DNA of 64,000 nt, from the NCBI GenBank assembly GCA_046300675.1, contig JBKCLO010000181.1:8915-72914 (forward strand), given 5' to 3'. How positions within the stretch are numbered: position 1 is the first letter of the stretch; the number at the start of each line of letters is the position of its first letter. Positions 10,001-19,296 of this stretch are shown here, in pieces. Origin of the DNA: Ignavibacteria bacterium. GTDB taxonomy: Bacteria > Bacteroidota > Ignavibacteria > Kapaibacteriales > Kapaibacteriaceae. Below the pieces are notes generated by a model that made no database searches, was not told the DNA's origin, and saw only the letters and a program-made list of their open reading frames with translations. Position numbers and translations under genes: made by a program.

Positions 10001-12571
10001 ACCACCCTTGATCAAGGTTCCGATACCAAGCGAAACGATACCGTAGCCAAAGCCCGTGATCTCGTTGTTCATGTAAACATTGTTGCGACCTGGTATCGTG
10101 TCGAGCCTGTCGGCATTGTTTCCGTCACGACCGGTTGGCACCTTCTGACGGCTGACGATACCTGCTGAGTACGTCACGTTGCCTGTGCGAACATCGGCAT
10201 CGTACTTGAATTGATTGAACGCATAGTTGATCGATGGCAACGACGTTGCATAGCTCGCAGGGCTTGACGCTGAATTGCGAATTGTCAGATTCTTGATTTG
10301 AATATCTGTCGATCCGTCGCCAAGATAGAATGGAGCGCGGAAGGGGCTCGCAGTTGCGATCTCACATGCAATTGACTTCTGTGCACCACCATCGAAGCGG
10401 ATAAATCCGTTCGAGTTGGCAAGTGTAGGATCCTTTTGGAATTCGAACTGAACCGCGTTAGGGTTCGAGGTCAGTACTGCCTGACCAAACAACACACCAA
10501 TACCGTTGCCGCTGTTTAGCGTCACTGTAATGCTGTTCTTGCTAACCGAGCGTGCTACAGACGGCTTGAACGTGATTGTGTTCGTCGAAGAAACACCGAT
10601 GATCTGTCCGCTCAAGTCCAAGGCAGGAGTACCCAGCAGGTTGTTCCCTACCGTGTATGCCGCGTCTGTGAGTTCGAATTCGATCGCACCGGAGACACCC
10701 TTGCGATAGAGGTCGTCAACGGCTGTTTGGAATGTCAGATAATTGCGAGGTGTTCCGGCAAGAAGCGTACCGATTGTATAGGTGCCTGCCATAGCCGGCT
10801 GGACGCTGAATTGCTGGCATACCGTGTTGTTCGTCGTGATCGGGTCGCCAGGATACTCAACCGTCAAGCAAGCTTCATAGTTGCCAGCTTCAGATGGTGT
10901 GAACTTTGGAAACTCGATGGCGGCTACGTTCAATGGCGCTTCAGCACCGACATCTGGAACCACAACCACCTGATTGTACACCAACGTGCGAGCTGGAAGC
11001 TTGTAGATCTGCAGACGCGTAGGGATGTTCGAAAGGTCCATCATACCGCCGTTAATGATCTGGCCGCGCGGTGTAAACGGACGGCGCTCATAGTGCACGC
11101 TCGTGCCGCTCGGCGTCGTGATGGCATTTGCACCGACTTCTTCGTTGTACAACGTTTGGAACACATGCTGACCAGTGGCAGGGATGCAATCGTTGCTCGC
11201 CTGATTGTCAATTGCGTTAAGGAGCGTCGCACACACATTGATCGTGAACTTGCTGACTTCGGTCGTCTCAAAGTTGTCGAAGTCAATCGTTGCTGACTGG
11301 CCGGTCGTCAGATCGCCTGCGTATTGGACTGTGTCGGTCCAAACAAGCGAGTTTTCTGGTTGCTTGTAGACGCGAGCAACAAGTGATACATCTGTAACAT
11401 TGTTAACTCCGACGTTCTGCATCGATACAGAAACTGGCACTGCAACACCCTTAGGGTACTTGCGCGGCACAGCAAGTGGAGAACGAATAGAGCGCATCGA
11501 CACGTCATTTGGATACGCAATAATGAACTCCTTGACATACGACTGCGTGTAACCTGTAATTGCATACGATGCTTCAAGGCGATAAGAACCACCTGCGATG
11601 TTCGTCAGGTTAAGCGCGCCACTGATTCCCGCAGCTGGGCCTGTTGCCTCATCAAATGTGTACGTGTAAAGACTTGTATTTCCAGCTCTGTGGTTGATGA
11701 CTGGATTACCTGCTTTAACGGCTTGATAGATAACGTTCTCACTCGGCAGCGGTCCTACGAGACGGTACGTGATATTGATGTTCTGTCCATTTGTCTGACG
11801 GAACGACAGTGATGGCTTCGGAAACTGAGGGTCTACTCCATCATATACATATCCGGTCCGTAGGATGCGGCGTGGATCAACATCGTCCGGGAACGACTGC
11901 TCGATACCCGAAAGGATACCGAACTGCATCGTCGGGCGAACGCTGTAGCCGTTTGCGAATGGCTGCGTTAGGCAGAAATTCTGCCCGTCGCTGTAATAAA
12001 ACGACTGTGTAGCATAGATCGGCAACGGCTGCACATACTCGTACTCAGGGAAGATGTACTGATATGCTGTTCTGTAGGTACAAACCTCGATATGAAGGTT
12101 ACTCACACCGTCCCACATAAATGGCTGTGCGAATGGGAATGTAAGCCATGTAGGAGTATTGGCTATAACAGGCATCTGATATGTTGCGTTGTTATAGACT
12201 GTGGTCATACCTGCATCTGTCTGCGGATTCGTTATCGCCGGATTAGTGGTCTGACGAATCTTGATAGACACATTACGCGTACCTGCCCACGGGCCTGAGT
12301 TGCGAATGCGGAAGGCAAGTGATACGATCTGCCCAGGCGTTACGCCGTGGAACGTCAATTCAGAAGCCTTGAGGAAGTACTGGCTTCGGATCGTCCACCA
12401 ATAATCCATCAATGGATTTGGGTAAATGAACTGGCCGTATGCAGTGATACCAACGTTTGGTCCGCCACCAACGGTCACCAACATCTGCGCGCTCGACTGC
12501 GATGGATAGACCGCAATCAGAGTGGCAAGAGAAAACAGGCATGCGAGCAATTTGCGTAGCGAATTGTTCAT
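7073..12571 (-). CDS. Giant secreted cell-surface protein (1832 aa): parallel beta-helix region, Ig/CARDB-like segments and a T9SS C-terminal sorting domain
   Basis: Signal peptide MNNSLRKLLACLFSLATLIAVYPSQSSAQ. PbH1-like repeats occur around residues 830-1080 (NNTIYGVRAAGIFIGYEDKALVTGNRIYNV, ANNIVWGI, VNNTVMMQ, KNNAIVMQ). The C-terminal ~80 aa (...ATLNVSLSESVVANIEIVNNLGQVVDV...GTYTVVIVAGEMRLTTSMVIRK) are typical of a Por/T9SS secretion CTD. Confidence 0.85.
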   Translation of the reverse strand: MNNSLRKLLACLFSLATLIAVYPSQSSAQMLVTVGGGPNVGITAYGQFIYPNPLMDYWWTIRSQYFLKASELTFHGVTPGQIVSLAFRIRNSGPWAGTRNVSIKIRQTTNPAITNPQTDAGMTTVYNNATYQMPVIANTPTWLTFPFAQPFMWDGVSNLHIEVCTYRTAYQYIFPEYEYVQPLPIYATQSFYYSDGQNFCLTQPFANGYSVRPTMQFGILSGIEQSFPDDVDPRRILRTGYVYDGVDPQFPKPSLSFRQTNGQNINITYRLVGPLPSENVIYQAVKAGNPVINHRAGNTSLYTYTFDEATGPAAGISGALNLTNIAGGSYRLEASYAITGYTQSYVKEFIIAYPNDVSMRSIRSPLAVPRKYPKGVAVPVSVSMQNVGVNNVTDVSLVARVYKQPENSLVWTDTVQYAGDLTTGQSATIDFDNFETTEVSKFTINVCATLLNAIDNQASNDCIPATGQHVFQTLYNEEVGANAITTPSGTSVHYERRPFTPRGQIINGGMMDLSNIPTRLQIYKLPARTLVYNQVVVVPDVGAEAPLNVAAIEFPKFTPSEAGNYEACLTVEYPGDPITTNNTVCQQFSVQPAMAGTYTIGTLLAGTPRNYLTFQTAVDDLYRKGVSGAIEFELTDAAYTVGNNLLGTPALDLSGQIIGVSSTNTITFKPSVARSVSKNSITVTLNSGNGIGVLFGQAVLTSNPNAVQFEFQKDPTLANSNGFIRFDGGAQKSIACEIATASPFRAPFYLGDGSTDIQIKNLTIRNSASSPASYATSLPSINYAFNQFKYDADVRTGNVTYSAGIVSRQKVPTGRDGNNADRLDTIPGRNNVYMNNEITGFGYGIVSLGIGTLIKGGVNEFRPYYSTNSQIVNNTIYGVRAAGIFIGYEDKALVTGNRIYNVGTQTTGGSGVEAAGITAGGLNRYHNINTTVDRNEISSIVGDVWARGIVVEQVRNAYPALGVGGTEYYPKDSEASLVANNIVWGIRRAAPGANMAGIHMLTQRSVTATGVAKLLTPSENNNGYFTRKDMIVNNTVMMQNDNVVGTGAVVGVGVQHANGAVVKNNAIVMQGAADAGAVTHTALLHQGVQMTDGNDPLALVSDRNAFEANKAAHVRFIEINANSDLISAGSDDEFRTITQWRSWTRRDNNSVVGAISADMVFEGVAPNQRLRVKTNPTPIGSLLNNRGERFANVPTDIDGSIRGAAGQPYDIGADEFDGRQYVKDLEAVSVLKPTAYRSTSGANADAEYIMTEAPVSVTGLIRNNGGLPQTNSPIRCRIYIETPASNNAMLPTPQFSSSPIIDRTVNSNVNSGQEVNVLFATAWEPQSYQQLSGLGYNVPMAKSAMANNMTPRYMIEISVASDENASNNVTSKVVRFFMVRSNKRMLVSLRGGAVTVTDPAATPNQIASRLNGDSLMATIEKVGYVVDPIGDNISFDVIDRDAFEERAIDYTTYKTVWWSSSDDAFSRYERRDLRFFVAAGKANNKKNLAIAGQNYPRQHVGLNVINDQSFIQSVLRVSSATPNTPTATSYSGKRVRGEALARGSVETVSRTGVTNDPEPAPALVRTYSDPTTSGVVQRAYVYPVGDRTVPTDSVMGTATASLNFNSVYLGVDWRHWQTTGVRAGTERIIRGIVDFFETNGGIAVPVQLASFDAKARGNGVDVSWTTATEANADRFEIERSDVLAGDDHTFSTVGSMAAAGSSQSVRDYYFRDGNVPAGRYMYRLTTVDRDGTRGSTASVEVEIGGQAGSIASVTPQPAGAEATLNVSLSESVVANIEIVNNLGQVVDVISNVAIQSGSQTVALPVSALANGTYTVVIVAGEMRLTTSMVIRK

Positions 12572-12718
12572 TGATCAGCCCAATCGTAGAAGTTTGACAT
12601 GTACATTAATTCTCGGTAACAGATGCTGCACCAAACCATGAATCATAGGCATACAGTTCCTAATCAGGGTTCTCGACAACCATTGAAAATATATAATTTT
12701 CCACTCTAACCTTACCCG

Positions 12719-12726
12719 TACTTTTG
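12719..12726 (+). promoter_or_regulatory. Candidate -7 promoter box (TACTTTTG) for the PNP-lipoprotein-pta operon
   Basis: Matches TAnnTTTG and lies 81 nt upstream of the ATG at 12808, in the 236-nt divergent intergenic region. Confidence 0.35.
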
Positions 12727-12807
12727 CACAGCTTTGGGGGCTGTAAATTACGTACGGGAATATGCCGCTATCACGTTTGGCTGTACTCACTTTCCGAAGC
12801 TTCATCT

Positions 12808-13623
12808 ATGCTCACATCGATTCAAGAATCAGCAGATTTCCTACGTAAGCAGTGCAATCTGCAGCCTACCGTCGGGGTTGTACTCGGCACCGGGTTAGGG
12901 TCGCTTGCCGAACAGTTAGATATTGTATTGTCAATACCTTACAGCGATATCCCGCATTTTCCGACAAGCACTGTAGAGTCACACAGCGGCAGGTTGCTGT
13001 TCGGCAGGCTCAACGGTGTTGACATGGTCGTGATGCAGGGCAGATTTCATGTGTACGAAGGATATACGCTGCAGCAGATCACTCTGCCGGTGCGAGTAAT
13101 GAAGCTGCTTGGCGTGCAAACGTTAGTGGTCTCCAACGCTTGCGGAGGCATGAATCCCATGTACCGTCGCGGAGATATCATGCTGATCGATGATCATATC
13201 AACCTCTTGGGCGACAATCCGCTGATCGGCCCAAACCTCGACCAGCTCGGGCCGAGGTTTCCTGATATGAGCGAACCATATTCACGGCGATTGTTGGACC
13301 TGGCTGAATCAACTGCTCTTGAATTGGGGATCAAAGTGTATCGGGGCGTGTATGTCGCTGTAACAGGACCATGCATGGAGACCCGAGCTGAGTACCGATT
13401 CCTGCGCGGCATCGGAGCCGATGTCGTTGGCATGAGCACCGTTCCGGAGTGCATCGTGGCCCGACACATGGGGATGCAGGTGCTGGGTGTTAGTATCGTA
13501 ACCGATGAGTGTTTTCCAGATTCATTACAACCAGTTAGCTTGGAACACGTCTTGGAAGCTGCAGCTATGGCTGAGCCGAAGATGACATCACTCATTACAC
13601 ACGTACTGCCCCGGATCGTATGA
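12808..13623 (+). CDS. Purine nucleoside phosphorylase, trimeric PNP-I family (paralog 1; Asp at the human-Asn243 position)
   Basis: The ORF track gives 12724..13623; the internal ATG at 12808 gives [15 protein letters not shown].... Canonical motifs are [41 protein letters not shown] and [18 protein letters not shown]. Confidence 0.9.
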   Translation: MLTSIQESADFLRKQCNLQPTVGVVLGTGLGSLAEQLDIVLSIPYSDIPHFPTSTVESHSGRLLFGRLNGVDMVVMQGRFHVYEGYTLQQITLPVRVMKLLGVQTLVVSNACGGMNPMYRRGDIMLIDDHINLLGDNPLIGPNLDQLGPRFPDMSEPYSRRLLDLAESTALELGIKVYRGVYVAVTGPCMETRAEYRFLRGIGADVVGMSTVPECIVARHMGMQVLGVSIVTDECFPDSLQPVSLEHVLEAAAMAEPKMTSLITHVLPRIV

Positions 13624-14654
13624 CAGTTCTTTTCCGCACTACAATCATAACAGCACTTGCGTTGTTGTTCATGACGGGCTGTGCACCAGATGAGCCCCTT
13701 ATCAATTCATTTGTTGACGAGTGGCGCTTAGTTTCAACGAGTGGTGGCAGAGACCTTACTGTGCGTGTCGTACCAAACGGTGCTGTTACAGGCGTTAATC
13801 CGAACGATGTGGACTTTGGAGCTACCCCGTCGATGGTGCAGTTTCGAAACAACATTTACATCTACTCTGAAAGTAGGCCCTGGATAGTTGTCTACGATGC
13901 GGAGAAGCTCATATACGTAGACACAATCTTTACCTTCCAAGTGCTGGACGGGATTGCAGACCTGTGTTTTGCCAACGCTACAACAGCCTACGCAACATCC
14001 CCGAAAAACACATGCATCGGCGTTATTGACCTTACTGCCTCAAAAGTGGCAAGCATTATCAAGACTCCAGGTGCCCCCCGGCAGATAGCATGCCTCGGGA
14101 ATCAAATGCTGGCTACCATTCCAGATTCGAACGCAACGATCATACTCGATACGCGCACCAACACGATCGAGGACAGGCTCGAAATGACAACACGGCCGTG
14201 GTATGTGCGCGAGGATGCAGTTGCTAATGTGTTTTGCGTCGTAAGTCTTGGTTCAGGCAAGGTGGAGAACACTGAGCAGACAACTCCGACCATCTCGTTT
14301 GTGTCGCCATCTACTCGTCAAGTGTTAAAGACGCTCGATCTAACAATCAAGGCCAGTGATGGTCCGAAGCAGTTCCCTCGTGGACTGATTGTATCTGCCA
14401 CACAAAACGCATTTGTTCCTGTGCAGTCCGGACTGCTGCGAGTGAACACGAGAACACGCTCACGGGTCTCGTCGGCACAGACAGATTCGTTCGACATCGT
14501 AGCCTACAATGAAGCACGTGCCGAGATCATCTGCCAGCGCGCATCGGGTGGCGATACTCCTCAGGTGCTGGTCTTTGATGAGAACGGAACAGAAAAGAAA
14601 TCCACGCTCACACTCCCAACACGTGCAAGCGCACTTCTTGGCATACCGCGATGA
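13620..14654 (+). CDS. Lipoprotein of unknown function, probably beta-propeller (YVTN/YncE-like by eye)
   Basis: 344 aa with a lipobox LFMTGC at residues 16-21. The sequence is beta-rich and repetitive. Both ends overlap neighbouring genes by ATGA (13620-13623 and 14651-14654). Confidence 0.6.
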   Translation: MTVLFRTTIITALALLFMTGCAPDEPLINSFVDEWRLVSTSGGRDLTVRVVPNGAVTGVNPNDVDFGATPSMVQFRNNIYIYSESRPWIVVYDAEKLIYVDTIFTFQVLDGIADLCFANATTAYATSPKNTCIGVIDLTASKVASIIKTPGAPRQIACLGNQMLATIPDSNATIILDTRTNTIEDRLEMTTRPWYVREDAVANVFCVVSLGSGKVENTEQTTPTISFVSPSTRQVLKTLDLTIKASDGPKQFPRGLIVSATQNAFVPVQSGLLRVNTRTRSRVSSAQTDSFDIVAYNEARAEIICQRASGGDTPQVLVFDENGTEKKSTLTLPTRASALLGIPR

Positions 14655-15628
14655 TATGCGAACGTCTTGCCGATAAACTGCAAGGCAACAACGGCAGGGT
14701 TGTCTTTGCAGACGCTCAAGACCCTCGAATCCTCGATGCTGCACAACGCCTGGCAGGCACCACGTATTGCTCCCCCATCGTGTTATCAACAAGGCACGAG
14801 GCCGAGCTCATATACGGTGGGTCCTTGGCCGATGCTATCAGGTTTGTTGATCCTCTAGATCACAAGCACGCTTGTGCAGAACATCTGCTCGAACGCAGAT
14901 CGGGCAAGGGGCTTACAGCTTCGGAAGCTGATGATTTAGCGGAAAATCCGCTATACACAGCAGGTTGGATGGTCTGCAGCGGCCTAGCTGATGCTGCTGT
15001 GGCAGGATCGCTTTCGACCACAGCAGATGTCATTAAGGCGGCTCTCTACACTATCGGGTTGGCCAGGAACATATCTACTCTCTCAAGCTACTTTCTGATG
15101 GACTGGCCAGATCGATATTATCTGTTTGCTGATTGCGGTGTCGTACCTGATCCGACCAAAGAACAACTGGTGGATATTGCCTATTCGACCTCTCGATCAC
15201 TTGCGGCCTTAACATCGGAAGCCCCACGTGTTGCGTTCATCAGCTTTTCAACACATGGCAGCGCAAAGCATCAACTTGTTGAAAAGGTATCAGGAGCTGC
15301 AGAGCTGTTCCAGCGGCTGCACCCGGATGTTCTATCTGACGGGGAGCTTCAGGTAGACGCAGCAATAGTGCCCGAGGTTGCTTCACGCAAGGCCCCATCT
15401 TCACGAATCGGCGGCTTGGCTAATGTCTTGGTGTTTCCAGATCTGAATGCTGGCAACAGCGCCTATAAAATCGCAGAGCGCTTGGGTGGTGCACATGCAC
15501 TGGGTCCGATCCTACAGGGTCTGGCGCGGCCGTATTGCGATCTCTCCAGAGGTTGCAGCTCTCAGGACATCATCGATGTTGCAAACATTGCGCTACTGAT
15601 GGCGCACTCTAGTTCGACTGAGCAGTAA
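14651..15628 (+). CDS. pta: Phosphate acetyltransferase (short-form Pta)
   Basis: 325 aa. Matching segments are [60 protein letters not shown] and [19 protein letters not shown], which fit the phosphotransacetylase family. Confidence 0.85.
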   Translation: MICERLADKLQGNNGRVVFADAQDPRILDAAQRLAGTTYCSPIVLSTRHEAELIYGGSLADAIRFVDPLDHKHACAEHLLERRSGKGLTASEADDLAENPLYTAGWMVCSGLADAAVAGSLSTTADVIKAALYTIGLARNISTLSSYFLMDWPDRYYLFADCGVVPDPTKEQLVDIAYSTSRSLAALTSEAPRVAFISFSTHGSAKHQLVEKVSGAAELFQRLHPDVLSDGELQVDAAIVPEVASRKAPSSRIGGLANVLVFPDLNAGNSAYKIAERLGGAHALGPILQGLARPYCDLSRGCSSQDIIDVANIALLMAHSSSTEQ

Positions 15629-16502
15629 GCGACGTAATGAGCTCCTGAAAGTCGTCATCTGTGAGCACGTATTTTGAAGAGCAATACTGGCAAACCATCT
15701 CTCTGTGGTCGTCCTTCTTCATCCCGATGATTTCTTCTAATCCAAGAGTCAGCAACGCTGCCTTGTATCGGTCTTTTGAGCACCTGCAGAAGAAGTCCAC
15801 CGGCGCACTGGCTACGATGTCAATGTCTGACGGTAGGATCTGCCGAAGAATCTGCTCTGGTGTGTAGCCGTTATCTGTGTACTCGGTCATCCTACCCAAG
15901 TAATCAACCGCATCGTAGACCTTGAAAATGTCGACGTCTTTCGCACCGGGCATTGCCTGAACGAGCAATCCAACACTCTGACGAATCATGTCGTGCTCAT
16001 CGTAGGCAACATCGATTACAAATGCACTCGGGATCTGCTCAGATTGCGTCAGATAAAAACTTAAGTCCGTTGTTACATCGCCACGTCGCAGCTCAACGAT
16101 ACCGGTAACTGGCTCGTTCTCTCCGTACACGATTCGTTGTACGCGCAGAAGCCCCCTGCCAAGGGGCGAATCACGGCTTACATCAGGCGATGTATTATGT
16201 GTGATGTACCCGCGCACCTCGCCGATCTGCATCGCCTCTGCAACGACCGATCGTATAAGGCCATCGCCCTCTGCACTTACAACAACCCGCTCTTCGCCCT
16301 TCAAGTAGGATGCAAGCAGGCTTGCACCTGTAATCATGCGTGCAAGCACGAGCGAGCCAATCGGATCGAGTCCGTGTTTAAGCTGGGCTGTTCGAACCGT
16401 TGTAGGATTGTGTATCAGTGCAGCACGAAAGGTGCCGTCCTTGGTGATTGCGCGCATTACGCGATCGCGCTGCGACCATAATTTTTTAATGTCATCATTC
16501 AT
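15609..16502 (-). CDS. hslO: Redox-regulated chaperone Hsp33
   Basis: 297 aa with the C-terminal zinc-centre motifs CRCS...CQYC ([18 protein letters not shown]...VCQYCSSKY). The N-terminal region resembles the Hsp33 family. Confidence 0.9.
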   Translation of the reverse strand: MNDDIKKLWSQRDRVMRAITKDGTFRAALIHNPTTVRTAQLKHGLDPIGSLVLARMITGASLLASYLKGEERVVVSAEGDGLIRSVVAEAMQIGEVRGYITHNTSPDVSRDSPLGRGLLRVQRIVYGENEPVTGIVELRRGDVTTDLSFYLTQSEQIPSAFVIDVAYDEHDMIRQSVGLLVQAMPGAKDVDIFKVYDAVDYLGRMTEYTDNGYTPEQILRQILPSDIDIVASAPVDFFCRCSKDRYKAALLTLGLEEIIGMKKDDHREMVCQYCSSKYVLTDDDFQELITSLTAQSN

Positions 16503-19095
16503 TGATCGTCTTTCTCAGATCCATCAGCGTCTGCAAAGCTTGCAGAGGCGTCATGTTATTGATATCGATTTGTGCGATTATCGAGCGCAGATGATCATCA
16601 CGCAGTTCAAACAACGAGACCTGAGCTGCCCTGAGTCCTGTGTTTGCAGGAACTACCGCTTCGCTATGCGTCGATTCCATTGTTTGAAGTACCGCCCGGG
16701 CAGTGGCAACAACTACCGGCGGCATACCGGCCATCTTTGCCACATGGATGCCGAACGAATGATTCGAATGCCCTGGAATCACACGATGGGTAAAGACAAT
16801 GTCGTTCTCAACTTCCTGGACTTCAACTTGAAAGTTCACAACACGGGCCAGCGAGGCAGCGAGCTCGGTAAGCTCATGATAATGCGTAGCAAAGATGGTT
16901 TTCGCACCGATCCTGTCGTGAATATGTTCAGCTATGGCCCACGCAATGGAAATACCATCAAATGTAGCTGTGCCGCGTCCTACCTCGTCTAGCAGTATCA
17001 AACTACGATCGGTAGCATTATTTAAAATATTGGCCGACTCTTGCATCTCCACAAGAAATGTGCTCTCGCCAGCAAGGATGTTATCCTGCGCACCAACCCG
17101 CGTAAAGATTCTGTCTGTTAGTGGAACACGCGCCGAGGTAGCCGGTACAAAGCAGCCTATATGCGATAGGTAAACGCAGATGCCTACCTGACGCAAGTAG
17201 CTGGACTTTCCAGACATGTTGGGTCCGGTGATAATGTGCACCTGCGATGCAGACGTGTCGATCTGTATCGTGTTCGGAACGTAGGATGCACCCGGACCAA
17301 GCAGCTGCTCAATCACAGGATGCCGCGCATTGATAATCTCGAGTTCTGTGCCCGTATGCAATTCAGGCTCAACATACCCATGCAACGAGGCAACGTGGGC
17401 AAAAGACGTCAAAACATCCAAAATGGCTATGTGCTGCAGAGTGCGTTGCAGCATCTGACATTCAGCAGTAATGGTCTCGCGCAGCTCCTGCAGCAGCATG
17501 GTCTCAAGGTGCGACACAGAATCCTGCGCCGTAAGTATCTGCTGCTCGAGCTCCTTCAGTTCCTGCGTTGTATAGCGCTCGGCGTTGGCCAACGTCTGCC
17601 GACGGTCGTACGATGCGGGCACCTTTGACTGTTGAGCATTGCTAACCTCGATGTAATACCCGAACACTCCGGTATGGCCGATCTTGAGATTAGGAATTCC
17701 CGTCTCGTCGCGCTGTCGCTGCTGATAGGCATTGATCCATTCCCTGCCGTGCAGCAATGCTTGACTTGCAGCATCAAGTTTATCGTTGTATCCGGAACGA
17801 AACATCGTACCCGTTCCGATCAGTGCAGGGGGCTCATCAGCAAGTGCTCGATCGACAGTACTGGCAAGTTCTTCGTGTTTGCTGATCGAACTCACGATCT
17901 TGCCGAGCTCCGGCGAGGCTGCTTCATTACAGGCCTGCAGAAGATCTGGAATCACGCGCAAACCGTTGCGAAACGAACCTACGTCACGCGCTGTAGCACG
18001 ATTGGTAACAATCTTTGTGAGCTGCCGTTCGAGGTCGCCAAAACGCGATGCCACCATGCGCAGCTGCTCACGCATTTGTGCGTGATCGACAAGCAGGCGA
18101 ACCACTGCATGACGCTGTTGGATTCGCTGTAGGTCTTTGAGTGGCGTCTGCATCCACCAACGCAACAGCCGAGCTCCCATGGGCGTGGAGGTTTGATCGA
18201 GCAGATCTACCAGTGCACCAGATGCAGCATACATACCGGACGGAGATTGGATCTCCAGATTCCTTCTCGTAGATGCATCAAGGATCATCACGTCGTCGTG
18301 ACGTAAGCGTCGGATAGACTGTAGCTGCGACAGAGCACTCTTCTGTGATTCGGCAACATAGTGGATAATCACCCCAGCTGCGACGATTCCCATCGGCGCA
18401 TCGTCGATACCAAATCCCTTCAGCGAGGCTGTCGCAAAGTGCCGCCGCAACTGGTCTTCACAGGTGCTCTCATGAAAATGCCAAGCCTCAAGTCTACTAA
18501 CGGCCGGACGCGAGGTGCATCGCTGTACTATGGGCTCCCAAACTGAACGCTGCTCTTTGTTGACGATGATCTCTGCAGGAGCGAACGACTCGATGATTGA
18601 CTCTACAGCATCAGAAGGCACATCTCCAGCAGTGAACGAACCGGTTGAAATATCCGCCACAGCAACGCCCCAATAGCCCCCTTCCCGCTCCGGTGCAGCG
18701 ATACACGCAACGTAGGTGTTCCTGCGGCTATCAAGAAGCTTGTCATAGAGCACAACTCCGGGAGTCACTACCTCGACTACGTCTCGCTTGACAATCCCCT
18801 TGGCAGTTTTGGGGTCTTCCAGCTGCTCGCAGACAGCCACACGGTAACCGGCAGCCACAAGCTTTGGCAGGTAGTTGTCGAGCTGATGATGTGGAAAGCC
18901 TGCAAGAGGCATCTCGCCGGCTGAACCGTTATTCCTCTTGGTTAGCGTTATGCCGCACGATCGTGCCGCAATAACGGCATCATCGCCAAACGTCTCGTAA
19001 AAATCGCCAAGCCGAAAGAGCAACACCGTATCGGGATGGCGCTCCTTTATCTGATTGTACTGCCGCATAAGCGGCGTTTCTGCGGCTGATTTCAC
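16495..19095 (-). CDS. mutS: DNA mismatch repair protein MutS
   Basis: The ORF track gives 16495..19164, but that first codon is a TTG abutting the tRNA. The GTG at 19095 gives (M)KSAAETPLMRQYNQIKERHPDTVLLFRLGDFYETF, the canonical MutS N-terminus. A Walker A motif (GPNMSGKSSYLRQ) is present. The ATG at 19068 is an alternative start. Confidence 0.95.
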   Translation of the reverse strand: MKSAAETPLMRQYNQIKERHPDTVLLFRLGDFYETFGDDAVIAARSCGITLTKRNNGSAGEMPLAGFPHHQLDNYLPKLVAAGYRVAVCEQLEDPKTAKGIVKRDVVEVVTPGVVLYDKLLDSRRNTYVACIAAPEREGGYWGVAVADISTGSFTAGDVPSDAVESIIESFAPAEIIVNKEQRSVWEPIVQRCTSRPAVSRLEAWHFHESTCEDQLRRHFATASLKGFGIDDAPMGIVAAGVIIHYVAESQKSALSQLQSIRRLRHDDVMILDASTRRNLEIQSPSGMYAASGALVDLLDQTSTPMGARLLRWWMQTPLKDLQRIQQRHAVVRLLVDHAQMREQLRMVASRFGDLERQLTKIVTNRATARDVGSFRNGLRVIPDLLQACNEAASPELGKIVSSISKHEELASTVDRALADEPPALIGTGTMFRSGYNDKLDAASQALLHGREWINAYQQRQRDETGIPNLKIGHTGVFGYYIEVSNAQQSKVPASYDRRQTLANAERYTTQELKELEQQILTAQDSVSHLETMLLQELRETITAECQMLQRTLQHIAILDVLTSFAHVASLHGYVEPELHTGTELEIINARHPVIEQLLGPGASYVPNTIQIDTSASQVHIITGPNMSGKSSYLRQVGICVYLSHIGCFVPATSARVPLTDRIFTRVGAQDNILAGESTFLVEMQESANILNNATDRSLILLDEVGRGTATFDGISIAWAIAEHIHDRIGAKTIFATHYHELTELAASLARVVNFQVEVQEVENDIVFTHRVIPGHSNHSFGIHVAKMAGMPPVVVATARAVLQTMESTHSEAVVPANTGLRAAQVSLFELRDDHLRSIIAQIDINNMTPLQALQTLMDLRKTINE

Positions 19096-19098
19096 GTA

Positions 19099-19106
19099 CA
19101 AAAATA
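19099..19106 (-). promoter_or_regulatory. Candidate -7 promoter box (TATTTTTG) for mutS-hslO
   Basis: The reverse complement is TATTTTTG (TAnnTTTG). It lies only 3 nt upstream of the GTG at 19095, which implies a leaderless mRNA, or alternatively use of the ATG at 19068. Confidence 0.35.
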
Positions 19107-19146
19107 AACAGGTATGCTCCACAATTGCCGAATTGATTTCACGTTG

Positions 19147-19154
19147 TATCTTTG
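19147..19154 (+). promoter_or_regulatory. Candidate -7 promoter box (TATCTTTG) for tRNA-Ser
   Basis: Matches TAnnTTTG and lies 10 nt upstream of the mature tRNA 5' end at 19165. Confidence 0.45.
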
Positions 19155-19164
19155 CCAACCGCAA

Positions 19165-19255
19165 GGAGAGGTGGCCGAGTGGCTGAAGGCAACGGTTTGC
19201 TAAACCGTCGTAGTGGTACTAACCGCTACCGAGGGTTCGAATCCCTCCCTCTCCG
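19165..19255 (+). tRNA. tRNA-Ser (anticodon GCT), class II tRNA with a long variable arm
   Basis: Hand-folded. The acceptor stem GGAGAGG pairs with CCTCTCC. The anticodon stem ACGGT/ACCGT carries the loop TTGCTAA, giving anticodon GCT. There is a long variable arm and a T-arm GAGGG-TTCGAAT-CCCTC. The discriminator is G and no CCA is encoded. Confidence 0.9.
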
Positions 19256-19260
19256 CTTCC

Positions 19261-19294
19261 AAAGCCCTACGACACCGCGCGTGGGGCTTTTTTA
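19261..19294 (+). terminator. Hairpin plus T-tract after tRNA-Ser (intrinsic terminator or attenuator immediately before smpB)
   Basis: The stem AGCCCTA (19263-19269) pairs with TGGGGCT (19282-19288) with one G-U pair, and is followed by T6 (19288-19293). The smpB ATG follows at 19297. Confidence 0.5.
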
Positions 19295-19296
19295 TT

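Noticed and set aside
10727-11296. A 189-aa plus-strand ORF inside the giant T9SS gene
   Set aside because: It is entirely antisense to a well-supported 1832-aa ORF. It is Arg/Cys-rich and has no recognisable motifs, which is typical of a shadow ORF.
12575-12805. A 76-aa minus-strand ORF filling the 236-nt intergenic region between the giant gene and PNP1
   Set aside because: It has no signal of conservation and an odd composition. It would start inside the PNP promoter region, so the region is more likely regulatory.
16336-16992. A 218-aa plus-strand ORF spanning the hslO/mutS junction
   Set aside because: It is antisense to two conserved genes and has an implausible composition.
19096-19164. 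The ORF-track start of mutS at 19164
   Set aside because: That codon is a TTG directly abutting the tRNA-Ser gene and overlapping its promoter box. The conserved MutS N-terminus (ETPLMRQY) begins just after the GTG at 19095.
19165-19255. tRNA-Ser as a possible integration hotspot for a genomic island or prophage
   Set aside because: There is no integrase, no direct repeat of the tRNA 3' end, and the flanks are conserved housekeeping genes (mutS, smpB, tyrS).
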